From assembly GCA_964016885.1 (NCBI GenBank), contig OZ024764.1, positions 2,170,001 through 2,234,000 of the forward strand: 64,000 nt of DNA, written 5' to 3'. The stretch's first letter is position 1. Every line of letters starts with the position of its first letter. The DNA comes from Eledone cirrhosa. Lineage: Eukaryota. The position numbers and the translations under genes are program-made. Below are positions 1 to 13,300 of this stretch, piece by piece. Below the pieces are notes generated by a model that saw only the letters and a program-made list of their open reading frames with translations, made no database searches and was not told the origin of the DNA.

Positions 1-2564
1 GATCTGCTAATATGCAGATCTGGCTGATCAGTGGATCTGCTAATATGCAGATCTGGCTGATCAGTGGATCTGCTAATATGCAAATCAGGCTGATCAGTGG
101 ATCTGCTAATATGCAGATCTGGCTGATCAGTGGATCTGCTAATATGCAGATCTGGCTGATCAGTGGATCTGCTAATATGTAGATCTGGCTGATCAGTGGA
201 TCTGCTAATATGCAGATCTGGCTGATCAGTGGATCTGCTAATATGCAGATCTGGCTGATCAGTGGATCTGCTAATATGCAAATCAGGCTGATCAGTGGAT
301 CTGCTAATATGCAGATCTGGCTGATCAGTGGATCTGCTAATATGCAGATCTGGCTGATCAGTGGATCTGCTAATATGTAGATCTGGCTGATCAGTGGATC
401 TGCTAATATGTAGATCTGGCTGATCAGTGGATCTGCTAATATGCAGATCTGGCTGATCAGTGGATCTGCTAATATGCAGATCTGGCTGATCAGTGGATCT
501 GCTAATATGTAGATCTGGCTGATCAGTGGATCTGCTAATATGCAGATCTGGCTGATCAGTGGATCTGCTAATATGTAGATCTGGCTGATCAGTGGATCTG
601 CTAATATGCAAATCAGGCTGATCAGTGGATCTGCTAATATGCAGATCTGGCTGATCAGTGGATCTGCTAATATGCAGATCTGGCTGATCAGTGGATCTGC
701 TAATATGTAGATCTGGCTGATCAGTGGATCTGCTAATATGCAGATCTGGCTGATCAGTGGATCTGCTAATATGCAAATCAGGCTGATCAGTGGATCTGCT
801 AATATGCAGATCTGGCTGATCAGTGGATCTGCTAATATGCAGATCTGGCTGATCAGTGGATCTGCTAATATGTAGATCTGGCTTATCAGTGGATCTGCTA
901 ATATGCAGATCTGGCTGATCAGTGGATCTGCTAATATGTAGATCTGGCTGATCAGTGGATCTGCTAATATGCAGATCTGGCTGATCAGTGGATCTGCTAA
1001 TATGCAGATCTGGCTGATCAGTGGATCTGCTAATATGCAAATCAGGCTGATCAGTGGATCTGCTAATATGCAGATCTGGCTGATCAGTGGATCTGCTAAT
1101 ATGCAGATCTGGCTGATCAGTGGATCTGCTAATATGTAGATCTGGCTGATCAGTGGATCTGCTAATATGTAGATCTGGCTGATCAGTGGATCTGCTAATA
1201 TGCAGATCTGGCTGATCAGTGGATCTGCTAATATGTAGATCTGGCTGATCAGTGGATCTGCTAATATGCAAATCAGGCTGATCAGTGGATCTGCTAATAT
1301 GCAGATCTGGCTGATCAGTGGATCTGCTAATATGCAGATCTGGCTGATCAGTGGATCTGCTAATATGTAGATCTGGCTGATCAGTGGATCTGCTAATATG
1401 CAGATCTGGCTGATCAGTGGATCTGCTAATATGCAAATCAGGCTGATCAGTGGATCTGCTAATATGCAGATCTGGCTGATCAGTGGATCTGCTAATATGC
1501 AGATCTGGCTGATCAGTGGATCTGCTAATATGTAGATCTGGCTTATCAGTGGATCTGCTAATATGCAGATCTGGCTGATCAGTGGATCTGCTAATATGTA
1601 GATCTGGCTGATCAGTGGATCTGCTAATATGCAGATCTAGCTGATCAGTGGATCTGCTAATATGCAGATCTGGCTGATCAGTGGATCTGCTAATATGCAA
1701 ATCAGGCTGATCAGTGGATCTGCTAATATGCAGATCTGGCTGATCAGTGGATCTGCTAATATGCAGATCTGGCTGATCAGTGGATCTGCTAATATGTAGA
1801 TCTGGCTGATCAGTGGATCTGCTAATATGTAGATCTGGCTGATCAGTGGATCTGCTAATATGCAGATCTGGCTGATCAGTGGATCTGCTAATATGTAGAT
1901 CTGGCTGATCAGTGGATCTGCTAATATGTAGATCTGGCTGATCAGTAGATCTGCTAATATGTAGATCTGGCTGATCAGTGGATCTGCTAATATGTAGATC
2001 TGGCTGATCAGTGGATCTGCTAATATGCAAATCAGGCTGATCAGTGGATCTGCTAATATGCAAATCAGGCCGATCAGTGGATCTGCTAATATGCAAATCA
2101 GGCTGATCAGTGGATCTGCTAATATGCAAATCAGGCTGATCAGTGGATCTGCTAATATGCAAATCAGGCCGATCAGTGGATCTGCTAATATGCAAATCAG
2201 GTTGATCGTTGGATCTGCTAATATGCAGATCTGGCTGATCAGTGGATCTGCTAATATGCAAATCAGGCCGATCAGTGGATCTGCTAATATGCAAATCAGG
2301 CCGATCAGTGGATCTGCTAATATGCAAATCAGGCTGATCAGTGGATCTGCTAATATGCAAATCAGGCCGATCAGTGGATCTGCTAATATGCAAATCAGTG
2401 GATCTGCTAATATGCAAATCAGGCTGATCAGTGGATCTGCTAATATGCAAATCAGGCCGATCAGTGGATCTGCTAATATGCAAATCAGGCCGATCAGTGG
2501 ATCTGCTAATATGCAAATCAGGCCGATCAGTGGATCTGCTAATATGCAAATCAGGCCGATCAGT
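1..2564. repeat. 33-bp tandem satellite (GATCTGCTAATATGCAGATCTGGCTGATCAGTG), about 77 units, runs off the window start
   Basis: Direct 33-bp periodicity with variants TGTAGATC, TGCAAATCAGG and GGCCGATC. Confidence 0.98.
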
Positions 2565-2710
2565 GAGTGTATATTTCAGAAAATATCATATATTTTCACT
2601 AGCTCTGACAGTTGGGAGGTAAGCAAAATAAGGTACATTCGTGTCTGCCATTTTGTTTATATGCCAACACAAGAGCAAGAATGAAGGGGTTATTCTAATT
2701 ATTACATATA

Positions 2711-3885
2711 CGAGGGGGGATCAAAAAGTTCGCAGAATTTTTCAGAAAATATTCTATTTACCTTCAATTTATTTTTCTACATAGTTGCCATCCAGGTCAA
2801 TACACTTCACAAGGCGATGCTTCCAGCTTCGTAAGCCGTCTCTAAAGAAAGTTGAAGGCCTTGTTCGAAGCCATGTGTTGGCAGTGTTTTTAGCTTCTTC
2901 AACACCACTAAAACGGGTTCCCTTTAGCATTTCTTTGAGTTTTGGAAAGAGAAAAAAGTCTGATGGGGCTAAATCTGGACTATAAGGTGGGTGAGGAAGC
3001 ACTTCCCATTGAAATTCTCGAAGAACTTCTTTTGCAACCCGCGCAGAATGCGCTGGTGCATTGTCATGGTGAAACAAGATCCCACCATGAAGTTTCCCTT
3101 TTCGTTTCTTGACTAATGCCTCTTTCAGCTTCCTTAAAACATTTGCATAGTAAGCTCCTGTCACAGTTCTTTGACCTTCAAGATAATCTATTAGTCTGAA
3201 TCCCCAAAATTGGTGGCCATCACTTTTTGATCCGACTTTTGAGATTTGAACTTGATTGGCCCCGATGATCCACGTAGAAGCCACTGTTTTGACTGCTGTT
3301 TGGATTCAGGATCATACTGGTAGATCCAGGTTTCATCAACTTCAATTTTGTTTAATATCGCGAAAGACAGATCACTTCGAAGAATCAGCAGATCAGGGCG
3401 CAACGCTTTTGGGACCCATCGCGCTGAAAGCTTGCTTAGTCCCAAATTATCGTGCAGAATTGAAAGTCTGAGCAGTCTCAACGTTTTGGTCATTTTTTGA
3501 TGTTCCTAGTCTTCCACTGCGATGGTCGTCTTCAAGGTCGTCTCTCCCTTGTTTGAATCGCTGAATCCCCTTGTCGACAGCAGTTTTCTTTGGAGCAGTA
3601 CTACCGTAAACTTTAACTAAAGCCTCCATAATCTGTGTCCCTTTCCATTTGAGTTTCACCAGAAACTTGATATTCGATCTCATCTAAAAATAACTATTTT
3701 CCATTGTTCCAAAAAGAGGCTTTTTAAAGAGTGTCAGTACTGTACAATAGTCCGCGCATAACTGACTGCAAGTGACTAATAGCAAGGTAAAGACCCAGTG
3801 ACAATGTTCTGACATGTTTAATATTGTTTTAACCTATTTTTTTCTTACTACGATAAAATTCCGCAAAATTTTTTATCCCCCCTCG
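2711..3885 (-). mobile_element. mariner (Tc1/mariner) DNA transposon, decayed
   Basis: Imperfect ~30-bp TIRs CGAGGGGGGATCAAAAAG... / ...TTTTTTATCCCCCCTCG, each flanked by TA, enclosing transposase remnants. Confidence 0.95.
2769..3683 (-). pseudogene. mariner transposase, frameshifted over three ORF fragments
   Basis: Motifs WVPKAL, DETW, HHDNAPAH, HPPYSPDLAPSDF; N-terminal HTH-like region. Confidence 0.95.
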
Positions 3886-3904
3886 TATATATATATATAT
3901 ATAT

Positions 3905-4513
3905 AAGTATGTATACATATATATATATACAGACATACAGTAGTATGTATATATCTACATACATGCACACATATATATGTACGTATGGGTTTACTGAACA
4001 TTTATTATAATGCTCGGTTTGTTTGTAAACAAACAAACAGCCCGAATTAAGCCGTACAGTGTTCGGCAACCATCGTTGCCCTTTTGTTCAACACTGACAA
4101 AGGAACGATATACTAGTTTCTAGCTTATTAGCTATCATCAGCACCGTATACCTTCCTGTCAGATGATTGAACATTTGAAAGTATATACTTTCCTTATGCA
4201 TATTAACGGCTGAGCAGCCTAATTTGCATATCGAGTGAGTTAGTCAGCCGGGCGCACCGAAAACGATAAATGGAAAAGAATGAAATGAAATTTCATTTCC
4301 CACTCATAGTACGGCTGATACTTAAATATAAGTATGTATACGTACATACATATATGTGTACAGACGTACAGTAGTATGTATATATATACACACATGCACA
4401 CATGTATACATGTATACATGTATACATATATGTATGTACGTATACATACTTATATTTAAGTATCAGCCGTACTAAGAGTGAGAAATTTCATTTCATTTCA
4501 TTCTTTTCCATTT
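3905..4513 (-). mobile_element. Diverged dispersed copy (just over one unit) of the 468-bp HHR repeat, with 5' fold-back at 4267-4513
   Basis: Colinear with the reverse complement of the 43.7-51.4 kb monomer; terminally redundant. Confidence 0.9.
4086..4172 (-). ncRNA. Type I hammerhead ribozyme
   Basis: Minus strand reads ACGGTG-CTGATGA-TAGCT aata AGCTA-GAAAC ta GTA-TATCGT; distal helix I AAGG/CCTT, CTGACA/TGTCAG, GTTCAA/TTGAAC. Confidence 0.85.
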
Positions 4514-4558
4514 ATATATATATATATACATGTACACATTTTCATGCACACACACACA

Positions 4559-4592
<34 letters not shown>

Positions 4593-4597
4593 CGTGT

Positions 4598-5375
4598 ATC
4601 ATCCTCATCATTGTCATCGTTTAACATCTATCTTCCACGCTAGCATGGGTTAGACGGGAATTGTTCCACTTGAGGCAAAGTTGGTTGGGTAACCGTGTCT
4701 TGCTCGTATAGGACTATCTGGCAGGTTTTCGACGGCTGGATGCCCTTCCTAACACCAACCACATTTACAGTGTGGACTGGGAACTTTTTACCGTGTTACC
4801 TACACGGCCACATTACAGCGTGGACTGTGTGTTTTTTCGTGACACCTACATGATCTCGATCTCATTATCTCATTTATTTGGACTGGATGTTGTGGTACCA
4901 ACTTTATAGAAAGAGGGTGGTGTTGGTGGGAGTGGGAGGATAGGGTAGGGATAGTGGATTGGGGTGTATGTTTGGTTAAGAGGGGCCTACTGACTGTAGG
5001 TTAACTTTGTACATAGGCAAGGTGGGTCTCCTGTATTACTGCGTAGCACCAAATATCTCGGTCCAGTGACAATGTCTTGGAGAGGTGTAAGTGTGTAAGG
5101 TCAGAATTTATCAAGTCATCCCAGGTTTTTCTAGGTCTACCTACTCCGTAAGTTCTGTCTATTTTGATCGCCCTGCACTTTTTTATATAGCTGTCGTCTT
5201 TCTTGCGCATCACGTGGCCATACCAACGTAGTCTTCTCTCGAGTAAACAACATCTGATCCCTCTTATTCCTAATTTCTCACTTAGTTCATTTATGCTTTG
5301 CTGTTCACGTATATTACTATTACACATCCAGCGGAGCATGCATGCTTCATTCCTCTCCAGTCTGCGCAGGTCCTC
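4598..5375 (-). mobile_element. RTE LINE 3' fragment
   Basis: RRLRWYGHVMR...GRPRKTW C-terminus plus the shared 3'UTR and degenerate (GAT)n tail. Confidence 0.9.
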
Positions 5376-5489
5376 TGTATGTGTATATATATATATATAT
5401 CAATATATATATATACACTCCACTTCGACCAAGCGTGAATCTAATATATCTGGGTACAACTGCCTCCTGTGTTTTGTTCTCCATTTTCA

Positions 5490-5633
5490 ACTATATAAAT
5501 ATATATATATATATATGTGTGTGTGTCTGTGTATATGCGTGTGTGTGCATATGTGTATGTGTGCGCGTGTGTATATGCGTATGCATGTATGTGTGTGTAT
5601 GTGTTTGTGTGTTTATGTGTGTGTGTGTGTTTA

Positions 5634-5683
<50 letters not shown>

Positions 5684-6346
5684 CGTATGTATATATATAT
5701 ATATGTATGTGTGTATATCTGTGTATGTATATGTATATATATATATATATATGTATGTGTATATGTGCGTGTGTATATGTATTTGTGTGTATATGTGTAT
5801 ATGTATGTGTGTGTGTATATGTATGTGTGTGTATATGTATGTGTGTGTATATGTATGTGTATATATATCTGTGTGCATATATATATGTATGTGTATATAT
5901 ATCTGTGTGCATATATATATGTATGTGTATATGTGTATATGTGTATGTGTGTATGTGTATGTGTGTGTATATGTGCATATGTATATGTGTATATATATGT
6001 GTGTATGTATGTGTATATGTGTATATGTGTATGTGTGTATGTGTATATGTGTATGTGTATATGTGTATATGTGTATGTGTGTATGTGTATATGTGTATAT
6101 TATTATCCACCACTTCACACCTATTAAAATGTCAACTGTATTTTTAGTTAGGTTCTCATTAATTATGACTCATGTCACATACATGGGTAGACACACACAC
6201 ACACACACACACACATACACACACACACATATAGATATATACATATATACATACACACATACATATATATATACATACATATATACATACATATATACAC
6301 AAACATATATATAGATATATACATACATATATACATATACATATAT

Positions 6347-6379
<33 letters not shown>

Positions 6380-7194
6380 GATATATACATACATACATAT
6401 ATACATACATATATATATATATACACATATATATAGATATATACATACACATATACATACATATATACATACATATATACACACACACACATATATATAT
6501 ATGCAGTAATACAGAGTACCCGACCTCCCATGGGTACAAGCTGAAGCATATACACAATATGCCCCCCCCCCCCCACTGCAAGGTGGTGATGGAGGTGCCA
6601 CGGCAAAAAAGCACCCAGCCCACACTGTAAAGTGGACGTGTAGGCGCCACAAAAAAGCACCCAGCACTCACTGTAAATGAGGTTGGTGTTAGGAAGGGCA
6701 TCCAGCTGTAGAAATCAAGCCAGATCAGTTCCTGTATGAGCAAGGCATGGTCAGCCGACCGGACACTGCCTACAACAGGACAACTCGTCTAACTCATGCT
6801 AGCGTGGAAGAACAGACGTAAAACGGTGATGATGATGATGATGATATATATATATATATACATACATACACATATACATACATATATACATACACATATA
6901 CATACATACATATATACATACAGACATACATATATGTACATATACATATACACACATATATATGTATATATACATACATACACATATACATACATATATA
7001 CATACACATATACATAGATGTACATATACATATATATATACATACACATATATATATATATACATACACATATATAGATATATGTGTATATACATATATG
7101 TATATATATATATATATATATGTGTGTATGTATATATATATATATATGTGTGTGTATGTATATATATATATGTGTGTATGTATATATATATATA

Positions 7195-7230
<36 letters not shown>

Positions 7231-7250
7231 CAGTCATACATATATACAAT

Positions 7251-7316
<66 letters not shown>

Positions 7317-7473
7317 TATACATATATATATATACACACATATACAGCTACACACTCACATATATATATACATATACGTATATATATATATGTGAGTGTG
7401 TAGCTGTATATATGTGTATATGTTTATATGTATATACGTGTGTGTGTATATATATATGTATATATATGTATGC

Positions 7474-7507
<34 letters not shown>

Positions 7508-7592
7508 CATGTATGAGTAGATGTGTATGTATACATATATATATATATGTGTGTGTATGTATATATGTATGACTGTATATATATATATATGT
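5490..7592. repeat. (TA/TG/CA)n microsatellite field, interrupted by an RTE 3'UTR copy at about 6500-6845 (+)
   Basis: Dinucleotide composition; the insert matches the RTE 3' end with (GAT)n tail. Confidence 0.95.
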
Positions 7593-7751
7593 AAGGAAAG
7601 TCAATTAAATTGAGCCCAGTTTATGACTGGTACATTGTCTACCTTGCTTTCAAGGTTGAGGAAAAGGAAGTTAACCTCGGTGGGATTTGAAGCAGAAGAA
7701 ATACTTCAAAGAGTTTCTTCTGACATTCAAACGATTCTGCCAACAACTCGG

Positions 7752-8714
7752 TTACCCCAGCTAATAACCCACCCAACCCCCTCAGGCCCCCTCCTGTTAC
7801 CCCCGGCTAATAACCCACCCTACCCCCACAGGCCCTCTCCTGTTACCCCCGGCTAATAACCCACCCTACCCCCACAGGCCCTCTCCTGTTACCCCCGGCT
7901 AATAACCCACCCTACCCCCACAGGCCCTCTCCTGTTACCCCCGGCTAATAACCCACCCTACCCCCACAGGCCCTCTCCTGTTACCCCCGGCTAATAACCC
8001 ACCCTACCCCCACAGGCCCTCTCCTGTTACCCCCGGCTAATAACCCACCCTACCCCCACAGGCCCTCTCCTGTTACCCCCGGCTAATAACCCACCCTACC
8101 CCCACAGGCCCTCTCCTGTTACCCCCGGCTAATAACCCACCCTACCCCCACAGGCCCTCTCCTGTTACCCCCGGCTAATAACCCACCCTACCCCCACAGG
8201 CCCTCTCCTGTTACCCCCGGCTAATAACCCACCCTACCCCCACAGGCCCTCTCCTGTTACCCCCGGCTAATAACCCACCCTACCCCCACAGGCCCTCTCC
8301 TGTTACCCCCAGCTAATAACCCACCCAACCCCCTCAGGCCCCCTCCTGTTACCCCCGGCTAATAACCCACCCTACCCCCACAGGCCCTCCCCTGTTACCC
8401 CCGGCTAATAACCCACCCAACCCCCTCAGGCCCCCTCCTGTTACCCCCGGCTAATAACCCACCCTACCCCCCACAGGCCCTCTCCTGTTACCCCGGCTAA
8501 TAACCCACCCAACCCCCTCAGTCCCCCTCCTGTTACCCCGGCTAATAACCCACCCAACCCCCTCAGTCCCCCTCCTGTTACCCCGGCTAATAACCCACCC
8601 AACCCCCTCAGGCCCCCTCCTGTTACCCCGGCTAATAACCCACCCAACCCCCTCAGGCCCCCTCCTGTTACCCCCGGCTAATAACCCACCCTACCCCCAC
8701 AGGCCCTCTCCTGC
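7752..8714. repeat. 46-bp C-rich minisatellite, about 21 units
   Basis: Unit GGCTAATAACCCACCCTACCCCCACAGGCCCTCTCCTGTTACCCCC, period 46. Confidence 0.97.
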
Positions 8715-8809
8715 TAAGTAACACACAATTGGTACTTCCCGTGTTATTGTTGGCAGCACTAACCTTCCCAAAACTTCAACAATATCTATTTCAACAAACA
8801 ATTTCAGCA

Positions 8810-10085
8810 TTCAGTAATCAGAACAAGGGAGGTAGGTGTAAAAGCCTAACTCACTATCTTCAATTTGGTTTTCGTCCCAGCCCTTACCTATGGTCATGAA
8901 TCTTGTGTAATGACTGAAAGAATGATTGTGAATACAAGTGGCTGAAATAGGGTTCTTCCGAAGGGTCTTTGGAGTTACGTTACTCGATAGAGCTCGTAGC
9001 TCGTAGCTCGTAGATCAGAGAGTCAAACTAGGTGCAGCTGTTACTTCACTAAATTGAGAGATTACAGTTCTGATACTACAGACATGTGGTTAGAATGTGT
9101 CAGGAAAGAATTTCTTAATTGAGAGATCACAGCTCTGATACTACAGACATGTGGTTAGAATGTCTCAGGAAAGAATCTCTTAATTGAGAGATCACAGCTC
9201 TGATACTACAGACATGTGGTTAGAATGTCTCAGGAAAGAATCTCTTAATTGAGAGATCACAGCTCTGATACTACAGACATGTGGTTAGAATGTCTCAGGT
9301 AAGAATCTCTGAATTGAGAGATCACAGCTCTGATACTACAGACATGTGGTTAGAATGTCTCAGGTAAGAATCTCTGAATTGAGAGATCACAGCTCTGATA
9401 CTATAGACATGTGGTTAGAATGTCTGAGGAAAGAATCTCTTAATTGAGAGATCACAGCTCTGATACTACAGACATGTGGTTAGAATGTCTCAGGAAAGAA
9501 TCTCTGAATTGAGAGATCACAGCTCTGATACTACAGACATGTGGTTAGAATGTCTCAGGAAAGAATCTCTGGATTGAGAGATCACAGCTCTGATACTACA
9601 GACATGTGGTTAGAATGTCTCAGGAAAGAATCTCTGAATTGAGAGGTCACAGCTCTGATACTACAGACATGTGGTTAGAATGTCTCAGGAGAGAATCTCT
9701 GGATTGAGAGATCACAGCTCTGATACTACAGACATGTGGTTAGAATGTCTCAGGAAAGAATCTCTGGATTGAGAGATCACAGCTCTGATACTACAGACAT
9801 GTGGTTAGAATGTCTCAGGAAAGAATCTCTGAATTGAGAGGTCACAACTCTGATACTACAGACATGTGGTTAGAATGTCTCAGGAGAGAATCTCTGGATT
9901 GAGAGATCACAGCTCTGATACTACAGACATGGGGTTGAAACCAACTGGCAGGAGACTCGGAGTTAGACCCTTGGCAAGATGGTTGGCTAACATCTATGAG
10001 CTTGGCTGGTCTTGCTTGAGAATCCAGCCAAATCAGTTGGAGACGGTTACTTCTGACAAAATCCATTGGAAAAGGTGTTTGAGGA
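8810..10085 (+). mobile_element. RTE-like LINE 3' fragment containing a 65-bp tandem expansion (about 9054-9930, about 13 units)
   Basis: Degenerate translation VFVPALTYGHES..MTER and IERSQL..Y.HVVRMSQERI; period 65. Confidence 0.85.
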
Positions 10086-10099
10086 TATATATATATATA

Positions 10100-10310
10100 T
10101 ATGGACCTATTATTTTTATCTAAAGACATTTTTTCCAATTCCACCCCACCTGTCCCCTCAATCTATTTTATTTCTCATTCTTTTTTCTGATGAAGGACTA
10201 GCGTCCGAAACGTTAAGACCCTCTTCCTGCTATATCAAGCGTTAAACTAATATATCCCTTCCATATACTGTACTGATTGTGTTTTTATTTCTGTTTAACT
10301 TTTATATACA
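10100..10310 (+). mobile_element. Short HHR-bearing repeat (Penelope pLTR-like); second copy at 35970-36180
   Basis: Two near-identical copies, the first flanked by (TA)n on both sides, both containing an HHR core. Confidence 0.75.
10183..10218 (+). ncRNA. Minimal type I hammerhead ribozyme
   Basis: TTTT-CTGATGA-a-GGAC tagc GTCC-GAAA-CGTT-AAGA; palindromic AACGTT in place of helix III. Confidence 0.75.
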
Positions 10311-10342
10311 AACATATATATATATATATATGTAAATATATA

Positions 10343-13300
10343 TCATCATCATCATCATCATCATCGTTTAACGTCCATATTCCACGCTAGCATGGGTCTG
10401 GACGGGAGTTTTCCCACTTGAGGCAAGAGTGGTTGTCTTGCTCGCATAGGACTGTCTGGCGGGTTTTCTACGGCTGGATGCCCTTCCTAACACCAACCAC
10501 GTTTACAGTGTGGGACTGGGAGGTTTTTACCGTGTTACCTACACGGCCACATTACAGCGTGGACTGTGTGTTTTTTTGTTGTGACACCTACACGACCTCA
10601 TTTGTTTCGGGCTGGATGTTGTGGTACCAACATAACTTTACATTGGAAGGGGCGGTGTGGATGGGGTGTGGGTAGTGGGACGGGGGTGTATTTTGTTAGA
10701 GGTGCCTACTGACTGTAGTAGGTTTCACTTTGTACTTAGGTAAGGTGGGTCTTCTCTATTACTGTGTAGCGCCAAAGATCTCGGTCCAGTGACATTGTCT
10801 TGGAGAGGTGTAAGTGTGTGAGGTCGGAATTTATCAGCTCGTCCCAGGTTTTTCTGGGTCTGCCTACTCCGTGGCTACCGTCTATTTCTATTGACCTGCA
10901 CTTTTTTATACAGCTGTTATCTTTCATGCGCATCACGTGACCATACCAACGTAGCCTTCTCTCGAGTAAACAACATCTGATCCCTCTTATTTCTAATTTC
11001 TCCATTAGTACGTTTATGCTTTGCCGTTCACGTATATTACTATTGCACATCCAGCGGAGCATGTAAGCTTCGTTCCTCTCTAGTCTGCGTATATCCACTG
11101 CACACAATGCCCAAGTCTCACTGCCATGCAACATTGCTGTTCGTATGCAGGCATCATACAACCTGCCTTTCATTTTTAGGGAGAACCCTCTAGCGGCTAA
11201 TAGTGGTTCTGACTACTGTACTTTCAGAGCACCCTCCCCCACTGTTGATTTTGTCACCCAGGTAACGGAAGGTGTCCACTATTTCTATAGAACCATCTGT
11301 GCAATGGAAGGAGCTAGTATCCTGTGGGTACTTGCTGCTACTTATTGCACCAGAGCACCGGCCACATATAAAATCTATGTTCTTAGTTAGCTTACCTGTG
11401 ATCCCACTACATCTTTTATGTACCCATACTTTGCATTTGGGACTTAAAAATGGAATTTCTGCCTACTACTTTCCTACAAACTGAGCATGGCCATTTCCCA
11501 GAGGGGACCAGTGCCCTATTTTCCTTCCTACATACTAGAACTTTTAGTCTTAGACAAGTTAATTTTAAGGCCTTTTGATTCTAGGCCATGCTTTCATGTT
11601 TGGAATTTCTTCTCTAGTTCAGCCATAGATTCAGCTATGAGAGTTAGATCATCTGCGTATAGAAGTTCCTATGGGCAGCCGGTCTTGAACTCCTCTGTTA
11701 TAGCCTGAAGGGCAATAATAAATAGGAGGAGGCTAAGGACAGAGCCTTGATGAACACCTACTTTTACGATAAACTCTTCACTATATTCATTGTTAATTCT
11801 AACCTTGCTGACTGTTTCTTTATACATGGCTTGTATAGCTCTCACAAGCCATTCATCTACACCTAGTTTCTTAAGGGCCCACCAGATAATGGAGTGATAA
11901 AGGCTTTCTCCAAGTCTACAAAAGCTAAGTAGAGGGGTTTACTTTTAGCTAGGTACTTCTCTTGTAGTTGACGTACAAGGAAAAGAGCGTCTGTGGTACT
12001 TTTACCTGACACAAAACCAAACTGCATTTCATCTAGATCAATTCGTTCTATGATTAGTTGCACTATAACTCTTTCTGTGACCTTCATGACCTGGTCAACT
12101 AACTTAATGCCTCTATAGATTCCCCTATCTAGAGCATCTCTTTACTCTTGTAGCAGTTAAAGATGCTGCTGCTACACCAATCCTTTGATATGACTCCATT
12201 CTGTATTACTTGGTTAACTATCCGGGTGACCATAGCATGTCCCACCATTCCAGATGCCTTCAACATCTCAGCAACTATCTCCGAAGGCCCAGCTGCCTTT
12301 CCTGTCTTCATATCTTTGATTGCCTTACTTATTACACTACCTTTAACTTGCACCACTGGTCGCTCTATTGGATCAATTTGGGGCAGACTATCTTTTTCCC
12401 CACTTATTCTCCTCATTTAATAGTGTCTCGTAGTGACACTTCCAGGCTATCTTCTTATCAGCATCAGTGAGGGCAAGTACATCGTTACGGACACACTTCT
12501 CCCCGACAATATCACGGTTTTCCTTGACACATTGTCTAGCAATCCTGAACACCTCGTGTTTTTGGTCCTCACGTTGTAGAACATGCTTGAACTTTCTATC
12601 CTCTGCTTCCCTTCTTGCAAGGTACACTTGTGTCCTAGCTTTTCTCCTGGCCACTTGATAGTGTTCTCTACTTCCCCCATCCCGCCATACTTTCCAAGCC
12701 TGCTTTTTGGCCTTGATTGACTCCTCCACCTTACTGTTTCACCACCAAGTTACTCTCCTCTTGTGTATAGGTCTACTCCAGCCAGATTTCATCCATTGCC
12801 TTCAGCAGGTTAGCTTTCAGGAATTCCCACTGTTCCTCTATATTGTACGTCGCTAATTATTCTTCCTTACTGTCAAAAGCATCAAGTAATATGCTTTTAA
12901 ATTTGTTACTTGCGCTGGGGTCCTTTAGCTTCCATATTTTTCTCCTGAGGATAGTCCTCCTCTGTTGTCGAGTACCTCTATTCCTGACTACAAGGTCGCT
13001 AACTATGAGGCTATGTTGGGAGGTGCATTCTTCATGGGGGAAGGACTTAGTGTTTACAACAGACACTCTGTCACGTCTTCTAGTAAGGATATAATCTATC
13101 TGGCTGGCATGTTCCCCTGATCTATAGGTGATCAAGGGATTGTCTCGTTTTTTGAAGTTTGTGTTACAGATAGTTGGGTTATTATCATCACAGAATTCCA
13201 AGATTCTGAAGCCTTCCTTATTTCTATTTCCAACCCCATAGCCTCCATGGATTCCATCATAGCCATCACAATGTTGTCCAACGTGACCATTTAAGTCGCC

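Noticed and set aside
2025-2684. 219-aa repetitive ORF
   Set aside because: Translation of the 33-bp satellite; upstream units contain in-frame TAG variants
1-9930. CRISPR-like appearance of the short tandem arrays
   Set aside because: No unique spacers, no cas genes, eukaryotic context
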